Shown: positions 1-8,868 of the stretch, piece after piece
Position numbering within the stretch: the first letter of the stretch is position 1
How the letters are laid out: each line of letters starts with the position of its first letter
Sequence record: NC_055712.1
Source of the DNA: Escherichia phage phT4A
Length of the DNA stretch: 64,000 nucleotides
Direction: 5' to 3' (one strand)
Translations under genes and position numbers: made by a program
The notes under the pieces: generated by a model
What the model was told of the DNA's origin: nothing
Databases searched by the model: none
What the model saw: only the letters and a program-made list of their open reading frames with translations

Positions 1-112
1 CGGTGAACGGGTTTAAACCCGTCTACCAGGTGCGGGATCGCACGTGAATAAATCGTGTAAAGGGCAAACGTTAGCCCTTCCACCTGTACAACATCTTTAA
101 TACTTCTTTCCA

Positions 113-2017
113 TTAGTCAACCTTAGAAAATTTGTGTTTTCCATTAACCCAATCTTTACGCGGATCAGATTCGTCGCCGAAGCATAGTTCTAACACTTCT
201 TTGTATTCGTCGTCAAGTACGATGACATCATACTTCAACTGATCACCCAGAACACGATCGTAATCTTCTTTGCGTAAAGAACCCAGCCCCTTGATATATC
301 GTACATCTTTTGCTTTATCGCGTAACGGTGCAAACTCATCAAGAGAATAGAACCATTTTTCTTCGCGTCCAACTTTAGCGATAACGATCGGGGTTCGAAT
401 ATATCGGATCCGTTTCTCAGTGAACAAAGAAGGCCAACGGCTAAAGAATGCAAGCAACAGAGTTAAAATGTCGCCGCCGTCAACGTCAGCATCGACCATG
501 ATGCCGATATTATCATAAGTCATTCCGGAAGTATCACCAGGATGAATATTGAGGATAGCCATTAGTTCAAACAGTTCTTTGTTTTTGATAATGTCTGTAA
601 AACTCATACCCCATGTATTCAGAGGCTTACCACGTAGCGGGAAAGCGCCTTGTGTTTCTTCATTACGGCATTCGATGAACTGACCAACAGCGGAATCACC
701 TTCTGTCAGAAACAATGTTGTTTCTACCCCAGGGGTATCAATACCGGAAGCCGGAACGTGTTTAGCAATTTTTGCCTTTTTTGCTTTCTTTTTCGCTTTG
801 GTGATCGCGGCGGCTTCTGCTGCTTGTTTACGAATCAATGCGGATTCAATGATCGGAGTAATGATTTCTGGAGTATCCATAATCATTTTTGCGATCTTTT
901 TGTAGTTCAAATTCGCATGATTGTTAAACTCACCTGCTGTATTTGCTAATCGCTCTTTTGTTTGGCTATCGAATGCAGGCGCATTAAAGTTATGCAAGAA
1001 TACCACAAGAGTTAAGCATTCTTTTACACGTGCTTTCGGGATCTCGATACTATGCTTTTTCTTGATCATTGGTTCAAGTTCAGAATAGATACCATCGATC
1101 ATACACTCAACATGAACACCGCCATTTTTCGTATCCAGACCGTTAACAAAGGATTTCTGTTTAAACCCGTCCTCAGTGCTCGCCAGAATGAAGCTGAGGC
1201 GATTATTTGTCTGGACAATGGTTTTATCCCCATACATGGAAGCGTACAGCGGGAAGCGATTAGAGAGCGTTTCGCCGTTATATGTGAATTTCACAGACGG
1301 GAAAGCAACGGCAAGGGCCATTAAGCGATCCTTAATCACTTCTTTGGTTTCTTCATCGATACCAGTTACACCAAACATAGAGAAGTCTGGAGTAAACTTA
1401 ACAGTAGTACCCTGTTCTTTACTGGGGCTGGTTCGGTAATCGATGTTCTGTGCGCCGTCCGTACAGTTAATGGTTACTTTGCGTTTCCCGTTTGCAGTCT
1501 CGCCAATAAAAATCGAGCTATAACAGTTTGTCAGGAAAGAACCAACACCATTCATACCCATCGTTACGCGGTTTTTATCATCGAAGTTAGAACCCGATTT
1601 TGCCATAGTCCATGCCGCAACTGGTTTAGGAACTATTTTCCCATCTGGGGTTTTTACATCATCCTGGGGAATACCGCGCCCGTTATCAGAGATTTTAACC
1701 AGATTATGATCAATGGTTACATCAATCTTATTAGCATGTTTGAATTCAGTTCGGATCGCTTCATCAATCGAGTTATCAAGGATTTCGTTGATGATTTTAA
1801 CCAACCCTTCCACGTACTCAACCTTGCGATATTGGCCCATTATGAAACGTTCATGCGCTTCTTTGTTAACCGATCCGACGTACATATTTGGACGCAACCG
1901 AATATGATCGCGATCGCTCATACAAAATGATTCGTCAACCTTTGCGCCCTTTTTGGCTGGTTGTGGTTTCTGTTCTGGTTCATCATCTGCCAGAAGAAAA
2001 TCTAAACTCATATTCAC
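113..2017 (-). CDS. 39: DNA topoisomerase II large subunit (unsplit equivalent of T4 gp39+gp60)
   Basis: 634 aa; GHKL ATPase-like N-terminus (DNSIDEA, DNGRGIP) and TOPRIM-like C-terminus, collinear with recalled T4 gp39/gp60. Confidence 0.9.
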   Translation of the reverse strand: MNMSLDFLLADDEPEQKPQPAKKGAKVDESFCMSDRDHIRLRPNMYVGSVNKEAHERFIMGQYRKVEYVEGLVKIINEILDNSIDEAIRTEFKHANKIDVTIDHNLVKISDNGRGIPQDDVKTPDGKIVPKPVAAWTMAKSGSNFDDKNRVTMGMNGVGSFLTNCYSSIFIGETANGKRKVTINCTDGAQNIDYRTSPSKEQGTTVKFTPDFSMFGVTGIDEETKEVIKDRLMALAVAFPSVKFTYNGETLSNRFPLYASMYGDKTIVQTNNRLSFILASTEDGFKQKSFVNGLDTKNGGVHVECMIDGIYSELEPMIKKKHSIEIPKARVKECLTLVVFLHNFNAPAFDSQTKERLANTAGEFNNHANLNYKKIAKMIMDTPEIITPIIESALIRKQAAEAAAITKAKKKAKKAKIAKHVPASGIDTPGVETTLFLTEGDSAVGQFIECRNEETQGAFPLRGKPLNTWGMSFTDIIKNKELFELMAILNIHPGDTSGMTYDNIGIMVDADVDGGDILTLLLAFFSRWPSLFTEKRIRYIRTPIVIAKVGREEKWFYSLDEFAPLRDKAKDVRYIKGLGSLRKEDYDRVLGDQLKYDVIVLDDEYKEVLELCFGDESDPRKDWVNGKHKFSKVD

Positions 2018-2050
2018 CTCTTTGTTTAATCACTGACATTATATAGGGTT

Positions 2051-2081
2051 CTATGAAAAAGAAAACCCCTTTCGGGGTTTA
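2051..2081 (-). terminator. Rho-independent-type terminator hairpin (AACCCCGAAAGGGGTT then U-run on minus strand)
   Basis: GC stem with GAAA loop followed by T-rich tract in the minus-strand sense, directly after stop of the small ORF. Confidence 0.5.
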
Positions 2082-2243
2082 CTTGTTATAAGGGAAACCA
2101 TCACGAACCATTTGAGGTTTATCAACCGTTCGTTTTGCTTCGCCTCCGCAATCACAATCTTTCGGTGCATCACGGGTAGCAATGCTTGCCATTTTTGGAA
2201 ATTCTTTATTACACTTGGTGCATTTATAGGTATAGGTAGGCAT
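2079..2243 (-). CDS. small zinc-ribbon protein (54 aa; CxxC...CxC), below the ORF-track size cutoff
   Basis: Hand translation MPTYTYKCTKCNKEF...DCDCGG...; start ATG overlaps upstream stop (TAATG). Confidence 0.45.
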   Translation of the reverse strand: MPTYTYKCTKCNKEFPKMASIATRDAPKDCDCGGEAKRTVDKPQMVRDGFPYNK

Positions 2244-2683
2244 TAATAAATCTCTTTTAAACTTAACATCTTAACTAAACGGGCTTTGTCTATGTCAAAA
2301 ACACATTGACGTGCGCCCGGATACAACTTTTCAACTTCGTATACCATGCAGACGAAACCAACATTGTGCATGTACTCGCGTTCATATGCATTGAACCAAC
2401 GAGAAAGGCGCTGTATTGACTGAAAACCAAAGTATAACCCAGCCGCTTGAAAGTCTATGTTATCTTTTTCAAGGTTGCGCATCAATCGATTATCGTCATC
2501 CGGCGCTGGATGTCGGTTATCATCCATATCAATATAGATATCAGGATTCATACAGAATTGATCCAGCCATTCAGCGGTATCCATTGACACATAACGATTG
2601 ACATATGGGCCGCTTTTTGTTTGCCATTTTTCTGTACAATCATTCCAGAAAGAACAAGAAAATTCCACACGATATACGAACAT
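2243..2683 (-). CDS. hypothetical protein
   Basis: 146 aa ORF co-directional with early genes, tight packing. Confidence 0.55.
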   Translation of the reverse strand: MFVYRVEFSCSFWNDCTEKWQTKSGPYVNRYVSMDTAEWLDQFCMNPDIYIDMDDNRHPAPDDDNRLMRNLEKDNIDFQAAGLYFGFQSIQRLSRWFNAYEREYMHNVGFVCMVYEVEKLYPGARQCVFDIDKARLVKMLSLKEIY

Positions 2684-2705
2684 AATATGATCCTCACAAG
2701 TAAAC

Positions 2706-3299
2706 TCAAGGTTTACAAGTACGATACCACTTATCTAATTTTTCTGCAAGCATTTCGTTGATAATTTTTGCAATTTCGTACCGTCCGTGAGTAGTACCCA
2801 GTTCCAGGTAAATCACATCAAGTGCGCACACAATCGCATCAATACTTTCTTCAACGATATTACCGCCGCGTTGAGGCTGAATGAGACATTCGCTGATCTC
2901 GCCAACTTCCGCTGATAGGTGATGAACCACATCACTCTTCGTGCGTTTCTTCACTTTATGAGCGATTTCAAAAAACTTATCAAGTACGATCGCCGTTTCT
3001 TCTCGCGTTGCGGTATTCTCGGATGTTGTTTCCATCGCATTTCGCAAAACAGTTTCCAAAGATGTAAAATAGTTTTCAAACACGTTGAAAGGGATCACAT
3101 GAGGAACACCATTCAAAAACACCCCTTCTTTACAAACATAATGGATTTTGCGCGGAATAGACAAACCGCCGCTGCATTCCAAATGTCGTTTAATGCTTGC
3201 TACAAAATCGAAATCTTTCCCGTATCCAGCCAACATACTGTGATAAGTGAGTTGACCAATTTCAGGAACATAGAGATCATTTTCTTTATACAGATTCAT
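2706..3299 (-). CDS. hypothetical protein with C-terminal MazG-like NTP pyrophosphohydrolase-type helical domain
   Basis: C-terminal SAEVGEISE...EESIDAIVCALDV...EKLDKW pattern resembles MazG/HisE EExxE helices. Confidence 0.45.
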   Translation of the reverse strand: MNLYKENDLYVPEIGQLTYHSMLAGYGKDFDFVASIKRHLECSGGLSIPRKIHYVCKEGVFLNGVPHVIPFNVFENYFTSLETVLRNAMETTSENTATREETAIVLDKFFEIAHKVKKRTKSDVVHHLSAEVGEISECLIQPQRGGNIVEESIDAIVCALDVIYLELGTTHGRYEIAKIINEMLAEKLDKWYRTCKP

Positions 3300-3564
3300 T
3301 TACAATACCTTTATGGTAGCCAAAAATATAACAATCAATTGAAGGACGTTCACCAGGGAAGTGAATGCATTGCATGATGCGTTCAGCCATTAGATCTTCT
3401 CCCATGTATACCGAAGTAGTTTCTTCGTTGTAATGGGTATCATACGACGTTTTAAGCGTCATGCCCGGAAGCCCTGCAATGTGCATGAATTTAGAATTGG
3501 TGCAAGGTTTTCCTACTTCACCGTTAATCATCAACACTGCATTAGTTTTACGTGCTTTTCTCAT
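3286..3564 (-). CDS. hypothetical protein
   Basis: ORF; start placed at internal ATG 3564 that forms ATGA overlap with upstream stop. Confidence 0.45.
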   Translation of the reverse strand: MRKARKTNAVLMINGEVGKPCTNSKFMHIAGLPGMTLKTSYDTHYNEETTSVYMGEDLMAERIMQCIHFPGERPSIDCYIFGYHKGIVNESV

Positions 3565-4157
3565 TTGAATTTCACCCCGATTTGCGATACGTTCCATTCT
3601 TTTACTTCATCAACAATATCATAATGGTTGATGTATGGTAAAGCAATTTTTAAATTACTCGCGTCTTGAATGTTGCGTAAGAAACGAGTAGGAGAAAGAA
3701 GACACAACCGCTCGGATCCGTTGTTTCCTTTAGCGGCAAATGATAGGGTTTCTCCCCCGTCAATCTTCATATCAACAGAAATCGTTTTGAATTCTGGTGC
3801 GTATGACGTGATTTTGCCGTTGTCTCTCGGCGTACTATAGAAACATACACTTTGTGGGACATTATAACGATCTGTTTCAATGTACATGTAATCGCCGTCA
3901 GTCATTCCCCACGCGGTATAAAGGGATCCGGTATAGTCACCAAAGGAATTTTTAAAATCTTCCTTCGTGGTATATCCCAGCGAGCGCAATTGCATAAGCT
4001 GGTTATGCTGTTCGATTGCGTCGGCTTTTTGTTGTTCCTGTACTTGCGCATCAATCGTTTCTTGCCAGGAATTATACGCATAGTAACCCACAACAGCGAT
4101 TACAGCCATAACCCCTACAGCTTTCCAGATTTTAGCGTCTTCGTTTTTGTTACTCAT
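3561..4157 (-). CDS. hypothetical membrane-anchored protein (N-terminal TM helix)
   Basis: 198 aa; hydrophobic AVGVMAVIAVVGYYAY near N-terminus. Confidence 0.55.
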   Translation of the reverse strand: MSNKNEDAKIWKAVGVMAVIAVVGYYAYNSWQETIDAQVQEQQKADAIEQHNQLMQLRSLGYTTKEDFKNSFGDYTGSLYTAWGMTDGDYMYIETDRYNVPQSVCFYSTPRDNGKITSYAPEFKTISVDMKIDGGETLSFAAKGNNGSERLCLLSPTRFLRNIQDASNLKIALPYINHYDIVDEVKEWNVSQIGVKFK

Positions 4158-4196
4158 GCTATATTCCTTTTAAGAAAAAGGGCCGAAGCCCCTTTG

Positions 4197-4526
4197 TTAA
4201 CGAAGATAAACCACATAACCGCTTTGGTCAATCGCGCGGTCTGCGTCATTGAAGATATTACCACGAATGCCTTTTGCTGGTGCTTTCCAGCTTGCAGGTT
4301 TCAGGATATTACCATCATTATCGATGAAAGCGGCAACAGAACGCTGATTGAACATTTCACCAGTTTCTTTGTTGCGAGTATCCTGAACAACGCGATGATA
4401 TTTGCGGCCTTTCTCCAGAAAGAAAACAGTTTCGAAAGGAGAATCTTGGAAACGAGCGTTACGCGCTTTGTACATTGCTTCCATGAAAGGGGCTGCTTTT
4501 TCTGCGAGGATTTCGAAAGTGTTCAT
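4197..4526 (-). CDS. hypothetical protein
   Basis: 109 aa; SD AGGAGA upstream; preceded by conserved ATCGAAACGAAAC leader. Confidence 0.55.
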   Translation of the reverse strand: MNTFEILAEKAAPFMEAMYKARNARFQDSPFETVFFLEKGRKYHRVVQDTRNKETGEMFNQRSVAAFIDNDGNILKPASWKAPAKGIRGNIFNDADRAIDQSGYVVYLR

Positions 4527-4585
4527 GGTATATCTCCTAAAGTGTGTTTCGTTTCGATGTAAGTACTATATCAAAGATGGTTATT

Positions 4586-4810
4586 CTATGCAAGGCTTTT
4601 TTCGTTATCCATCAAATATTTTAAGTGTTCTTTTAATGCAGGGAGTTCGTTCAAATGGCGTTGCTTAACTTTCTCGTACTCTTTGCGTTCCCAGTTTTCA
4701 AGATTGCTTGCCAACGCTTCATCACAATAAGCGATCCCGCGTTCTGCATCCTGAACTTTCTGTTTCCATTGTGCAACTGCTTGTTGATAAAGAGAACCGT
4801 TAACCATCAT
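4586..4810 (-). CDS. hypothetical protein
   Basis: 74 aa ORF with SD GGGAGG upstream. Confidence 0.5.
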   Translation of the reverse strand: MMVNGSLYQQAVAQWKQKVQDAERGIAYCDEALASNLENWERKEYEKVKQRHLNELPALKEHLKYLMDNEKSLA

Positions 4811-4883
4811 AATAATTTCCTCCCTTGTTTCGATGGGGTAACTATACCAAAGCTACCCCAGAATGTTTTAACAAAAAGTGCTA

Positions 4884-5147
4884 TTAGTAGGTATCCAGTT
4901 TATACATTTTGCACCAGTTCATGAATTCTTCGAAAGTCTGAGTATTAACACGTTTTTCCTTCTTCACTTTCTTAGTGATTACAGGACGGTTAGTAAAACG
5001 TTTTTGCATTTTCACAGTGATTGCTACTTTATCGCCCAGGTCTTCAACCTTTTCAACCAGCGCCCACTGAGAACCAATTTCAGCGCCGAAAGTCAAACCA
5101 ACAATCTCACCTGCTTTAACGTGTGCTGCATATTTTACTTTAACCAT
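4884..5147 (-). CDS. hypothetical protein
   Basis: Start moved to MVKVKYAAH (ATG 5147); longer track ORF runs into the upstream hairpin/promoter. Confidence 0.5.
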   Translation of the reverse strand: MVKVKYAAHVKAGEIVGLTFGAEIGSQWALVEKVEDLGDKVAITVKMQKRFTNRPVITKKVKKEKRVNTQTFEEFMNWCKMYKLDTY

Positions 5148-5228
5148 TTTCGTATTCCTTTCTCTGTTTCGTTTCGATGAATACAAGATACCAAAAAGCC
5201 TCCCGCAATGCAAGAGGCTTCTTTAACA
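5148..5228 (-). repeat. promoter-stem-loop cassette, family R (copy 2 of 2; partner at 50961-51046)
   Basis: About 85% identical over ~75 nt to 50961-51046 in reverse orientation: hairpin containing TTGCAT, -10-like TATCTT, ATCGAAACGAAAC leader. Confidence 0.6.
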
Positions 5229-5235
5229 AAAAATG

Positions 5236-5538
5236 CTATTTTATTTCTTTGAGTAATTTACGGATCCCGCCGCCCTGTGTCTTATCAAAGATTTTCTTTG
5301 CATCAATAACAGAAGTGATTATGTGGTAGTTGTTACCTTTTCCGTCAAACTCAAACTCGACCTTGTAGTCACTACGAAATTTCACAAAAACAAATTCACC
5401 TGCAAAGTGCTTACGAAACTGTTTTTCGTTAATGTCCAACCATTCCTGTGTATCATCTAACTGATACATGCGACAAAACAGGATCGAACCCATTACAGCA
5501 ATCACGACAAGGATAGCTAACGCGAATTCTGACATCAT
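5236..5538 (-). CDS. hypothetical membrane protein
   Basis: 100 aa, N-terminal TM (LAILVVIAVMGSILF). Confidence 0.5.
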   Translation of the reverse strand: MMSEFALAILVVIAVMGSILFCRMYQLDDTQEWLDINEKQFRKHFAGEFVFVKFRSDYKVEFEFDGKGNNYHIITSVIDAKKIFDKTQGGGIRKLLKEIK

Positions 5539-5759
5539 TTACCCCTGTTTACTGATTGACGGTGCAATGATTTAGGCACAACCGGATTTCGGTATGGTTT
5601 GACTTTATGGATCGTGGGTTCTTCCCCAACCAAATTAGGAAATTGGCTGTTCCATTCCATCGAAAATGGATAGGGTGATGACTTTAACTCTTCGATCATA
5701 CAGTTTACTAAACGGTCGCCGATTACACCCAAAGCCGCCCCAATAATCGCTATACGCAT
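5535..5759 (-). CDS. hypothetical protein
   Basis: 74 aa ORF, ATGA-type overlap with neighbour. Confidence 0.4.
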   Translation of the reverse strand: MRIAIIGAALGVIGDRLVNCMIEELKSSPYPFSMEWNSQFPNLVGEEPTIHKVKPYRNPVVPKSLHRQSVNRGK

Positions 5760-5762
5760 AAA

Positions 5763-5912
5763 TCACCCCTTAATTGTGTCAAGTACAGTAAACCAGTCAT
5801 GAAGCCATATCGTTGTTCTTACAGCGATATACGTTAACAAACTAATCAATGATACCGCTCCGCAAATAGCCAGCGTAATCAACAGCCGGATTTCAAATTT
5901 AGTAAAATTCAT
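5763..5912 (-). CDS. small membrane peptide (49 aa)
   Basis: MNFTKFEIRLLITLAICGAVSLISL...; SD AGGAG upstream of ATG 5912. Confidence 0.45.
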   Translation of the reverse strand: MNFTKFEIRLLITLAICGAVSLISLLTYIAVRTTIWLHDWFTVLDTIKG

Positions 5913-5929
5913 ATCAATCTCCTTTCTGA

Positions 5930-5975
5930 GAACCCAATATAACAAAAGCCCTCAACCGAAGTCAAGGGCTTTGTT
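5930..5975 (-). repeat. promoter-stem-loop cassette, family S (hairpin with TTGACT in loop, then TATATT)
   Basis: aaagcccTTGACTtcggttgagggcttttgtTATATT on minus strand; related copies at 20950-20995, 50311-50385, 60250-60302. Confidence 0.6.
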
Positions 5976-6257
5976 TTAAATTTTTACTAGTTTTGGCAAT
6001 CGAAGAACTATACCAGGATGGATCAGACGTGCATCCGGAATAGAATCACGGTTGATTTTAGCGATATCAGGCCAAAGTTCACCAACACCATACAGTTTCT
6101 TTGCTATAGAATATAGGCTATCGCCTGGTTGCACGACATAGCGATCAGATTCAATCTTAACCAGATCCTGGTTAATGATATCATCAAAGGCTTTTGCTTT
6201 CGCTTCGTTAATCGTGTTCCCGTAGTAATGGCGATCCATAATAGTTAATGTGATCAT
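5976..6257 (-). CDS. small LysM-domain protein
   Basis: YVVQPGDSLYSIAKKLYGVGELWPDIAKINRDSIPDARLIHPGIVLRLP matches LysM consensus pattern. Confidence 0.6.
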   Translation of the reverse strand: MITLTIMDRHYYGNTINEAKAKAFDDIINQDLVKIESDRYVVQPGDSLYSIAKKLYGVGELWPDIAKINRDSIPDARLIHPGIVLRLPKLVKI

Positions 6258-6925
6258 CGTTTCTTTCCTATGCTGTTTTCGTCTGTCTCTTCTAAGGATG
6301 GAGGTTCTTCCAGCCCCAGGGCATAACGTTTAGCATAGATTAGCATCAATGCATCTTTAGCGCAATCATGAATCGAATCATGCTGAATGAATCCATCTAA
6401 CATGCCTTTACGTAGTGGACACGTGGTCACTCCGCGAGTCAGTAAACGGTTTTCAATAGCTGTACGCACATCACGGCTATTCCAGAACACGGTCGGCATA
6501 TCTTCAAACGTGTCAAGTTTCCCTGTCATAGTTCGTACAACATCGGTTAGCATAGAACGATCGAATTCAGGGCCGCGCGTATAATCGTATGACTGCCAAC
6601 GACTCACACCGTCAGCCGCTAAATCAGCAAAGAATTGTCGATGACCTTCGTACAAATCCATGTCGATATCGGAAGGGAACAAAACCCTTTGCGCTTCTTT
6701 AGATTGCTGTTTCCACCATTCGATCGTTTTTTCATCTTTGATGCGTTCTGGTTGTTTCCGGATGTCAAATTTGTACTTTCTTCCTTTAGCAATCAGTTCC
6801 TGAAAGGTAGGCGGATCATAAGGATCATCAACAAACGGAACATAGCTAAGTTCAGCTAGTTTTCCTTTTGGAAACGGGCCAATACTTTCATAATCAAATA
6901 CGAAATCTACGGGTAAATGACTCAT
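6254..6925 (-). CDS. dexA: exonuclease A (DexA)
   Basis: 223 aa; collinear similarity to recalled T4 DexA (TIEWWKQQS, TTCPLRKGMLDGFIQHDSIHDCAKD). Confidence 0.85.
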   Translation of the reverse strand: MSHLPVDFVFDYESIGPFPKGKLAELSYVPFVDDPYDPPTFQELIAKGRKYKFDIRKQPERIKDEKTIEWWKQQSKEAQRVLFPSDIDMDLYEGHRQFFADLAADGVSRWQSYDYTRGPEFDRSMLTDVVRTMTGKLDTFEDMPTVFWNSRDVRTAIENRLLTRGVTTCPLRKGMLDGFIQHDSIHDCAKDALMLIYAKRYALGLEEPPSLEETDENSIGKKR

Positions 6926-7206
6926 TCGCGACCCCGCTTATACGATTCCATGAAATAGGCCAATGATAGCGCGACTTCCGGAGTAACATCAACGGATTCG
7001 ATCATGCCTGGAGTTACTGCCATCATCCCGAACTGACGAAGCCCACAACGAGCAATCGATTTTTCCAGTCGGATCATGTTTTCTACAGCCTCTGTAAAAT
7101 TGTCCAGATGTTCCCAATCGTGGTAATCTTCCATTGTAGAACGATCACTTTTCAAAATCAGATCGGCAACCAATTCAGCATAAAGGCGCGGAAGGTGAAT
7201 ATTCAT
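6922..7206 (-). CDS. hypothetical protein
   Basis: 94 aa ORF. Confidence 0.5.
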   Translation of the reverse strand: MNIHLPRLYAELVADLILKSDRSTMEDYHDWEHLDNFTEAVENMIRLEKSIARCGLRQFGMMAVTPGMIESVDVTPEVALSLAYFMESYKRGRE

Positions 7207-7515
7207 TTAAAATCCCTCAAGCATGTTTTTGTTTTCACGAATGTTACGACCCATTTTCAAAGTATCAATGATCACTGCATACTCTTCAAAAGTGAATTCG
7301 ATATCTTGTGAAATGTTTCCCCACGTGTAGGTCGGCCCGTTAGGACAGTATAACCCAACTTCTTTGTTTGCGTTGACAACGCAGCGCAATTTTGCAAACA
7401 ACAAATTGATATCGATAGAATTGAACCCTTCGAGATAATCAAGCCCCTCTCTACCAATACGGTCAACTTCTCGCAAAATCTTTTCTACATCTTTGACTTT
7501 AACAATAATTTTCAT
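7207..7515 (-). CDS. hypothetical protein
   Basis: 102 aa ORF; CUUCGG-type hairpin immediately upstream. Confidence 0.5.
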   Translation of the reverse strand: MKIIVKVKDVEKILREVDRIGREGLDYLEGFNSIDINLLFAKLRCVVNANKEVGLYCPNGPTYTWGNISQDIEFTFEEYAVIIDTLKMGRNIRENKNMLEGF

Positions 7516-7539
7516 AATAACCTCAAAGGGCCGAAGCCC

Positions 7540-8868
7540 TTAGACATAATCAACAGTGAATCGTGCGCGGGTAGTTCCTACATAAAGCAACTGCTTACAC
7601 AATTCATAATCGGCGTATGCGTATGCATCGCGCGTATACATGTATGAATGATCATACGTGCTTCCCTGACCTTTGTGATACGTACAAACCGGAAGCGCCT
7701 TAACCGTCTGGAACTTGTTTTTGATTTGCCAGAACGAATACCAGGGGGCTTTGTATCCGGTTTCCTGTTTCATCTTTTTATACTGAAACGCGACGTAGTT
7801 CAAATAATCGCCTAAACGTTCCTGCATAACCGGATCCGCGATAACCTGAATATCCGCTTTCGTATCCTCGAACATCGATTCTGTTTTCATCAAGAAATAA
7901 TCGATTTGTACCGGATCGCATCGGTCAGCTTTGATAGTATCAGAACGCGGTATGATTTCAAGGATTTTAATTTGCTCGTTGTTGTTATAGATAACTTCAA
8001 CAAACGAAACCCCATTCACACGGCCTTCTGTCACTAACGGTTCTTGCATCACAACCACTTCACCAACAATGAACGGCTGATCAGTTTTGTACAAGTGTTT
8101 ACGGATCACTGCGTTTAACTTGTCTACGTTTGCGTTAGTGTAAGCAAACATACGGTTATTGTTCAGGTCATCCGGAGTCTTAACACGGCTAAAATAACGT
8201 CTCAGGAAGTCACCAGCGTTTTCGTGCTTCATTACCCCTAGTTCACCATTCATGAGGGGCATTAACGGCTTACCGTCGCGTATAGCGCGTGATACCTGGA
8301 TGATTGGGTTTCCTTCTGCCTGACGCATAATCTTATCCATGCGAATGACATCAAAAATTTCCTCATCAAAGAACGGTGAAAGCTCGGTGATCCCTTCGGT
8401 ATTAACAGGACGGATCTGATCCTTATCACCCAATCCCAGGATCACCGCACAACTCGGAATAGTACGCTTGATGATACGGAATAGTTCTTTGTCAACCATC
8501 GATACTTCTTCAACCACAAACACACGACATTCAGACAGATCAGCGGCTTTTTTGCCTTTTTGCTGTTCAAATACTCGTAACTCTTCGTTGGTTACGGGGC
8601 TGATTTTCAGTGCTGAGTGAATGGTCGTTGCATCCATACCCACCGCCTCAGAGAGAACGTTTTTAGCCTGGTGCGTCGGTGCTGTCAACCAGATCCCACT
8701 AATACCCAGTTTTTTCAATGTTTCAAACACAAATTTTACCAGAGTAGTTTTACCAACACCCGGCCCACCTGTGATAGTAGTATGGATTTTGTTTCTGATA
8801 TTTTTAATCACTCGATCATGTGCATTTTTCTGGTCTTCGCTCAGATCGTCAAAAGTTAATTCGCTCAT
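7540..8868 (-). CDS. dda: Dda DNA helicase (SF1)
   Basis: 442 aa; Walker A GGPGVGKTT; collinear with recalled T4 Dda. Confidence 0.9.
   Translation of the reverse strand: MSELTFDDLSEDQKNAHDRVIKNIRNKIHTTITGGPGVGKTTLVKFVFETLKKLGISGIWLTAPTHQAKNVLSEAVGMDATTIHSALKISPVTNEELRVFEQQKGKKAADLSECRVFVVEEVSMVDKELFRIIKRTIPSCAVILGLGDKDQIRPVNTEGITELSPFFDEEIFDVIRMDKIMRQAEGNPIIQVSRAIRDGKPLMPLMNGELGVMKHENAGDFLRRYFSRVKTPDDLNNNRMFAYTNANVDKLNAVIRKHLYKTDQPFIVGEVVVMQEPLVTEGRVNGVSFVEVIYNNNEQIKILEIIPRSDTIKADRCDPVQIDYFLMKTESMFEDTKADIQVIADPVMQERLGDYLNYVAFQYKKMKQETGYKAPWYSFWQIKNKFQTVKALPVCTYHKGQGSTYDHSYMYTRDAYAYADYELCKQLLYVGTTRARFTVDYV

Noticed and set aside
3852-4562. 236-aa plus-strand ORF
   Set aside because: Lies antisense across two well-supported minus-strand genes (3561-4157, 4197-4526), has a low-complexity Phe/Cys/Ile-rich translation and no SD; typical antisense shadow ORF.
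5148-5213. N-terminal 22-codon extension of ORF 4884-5213
   Set aside because: The extension is encoded by the hairpin/promoter cassette itself; start at ATG 5147 sits just downstream of the cassette.
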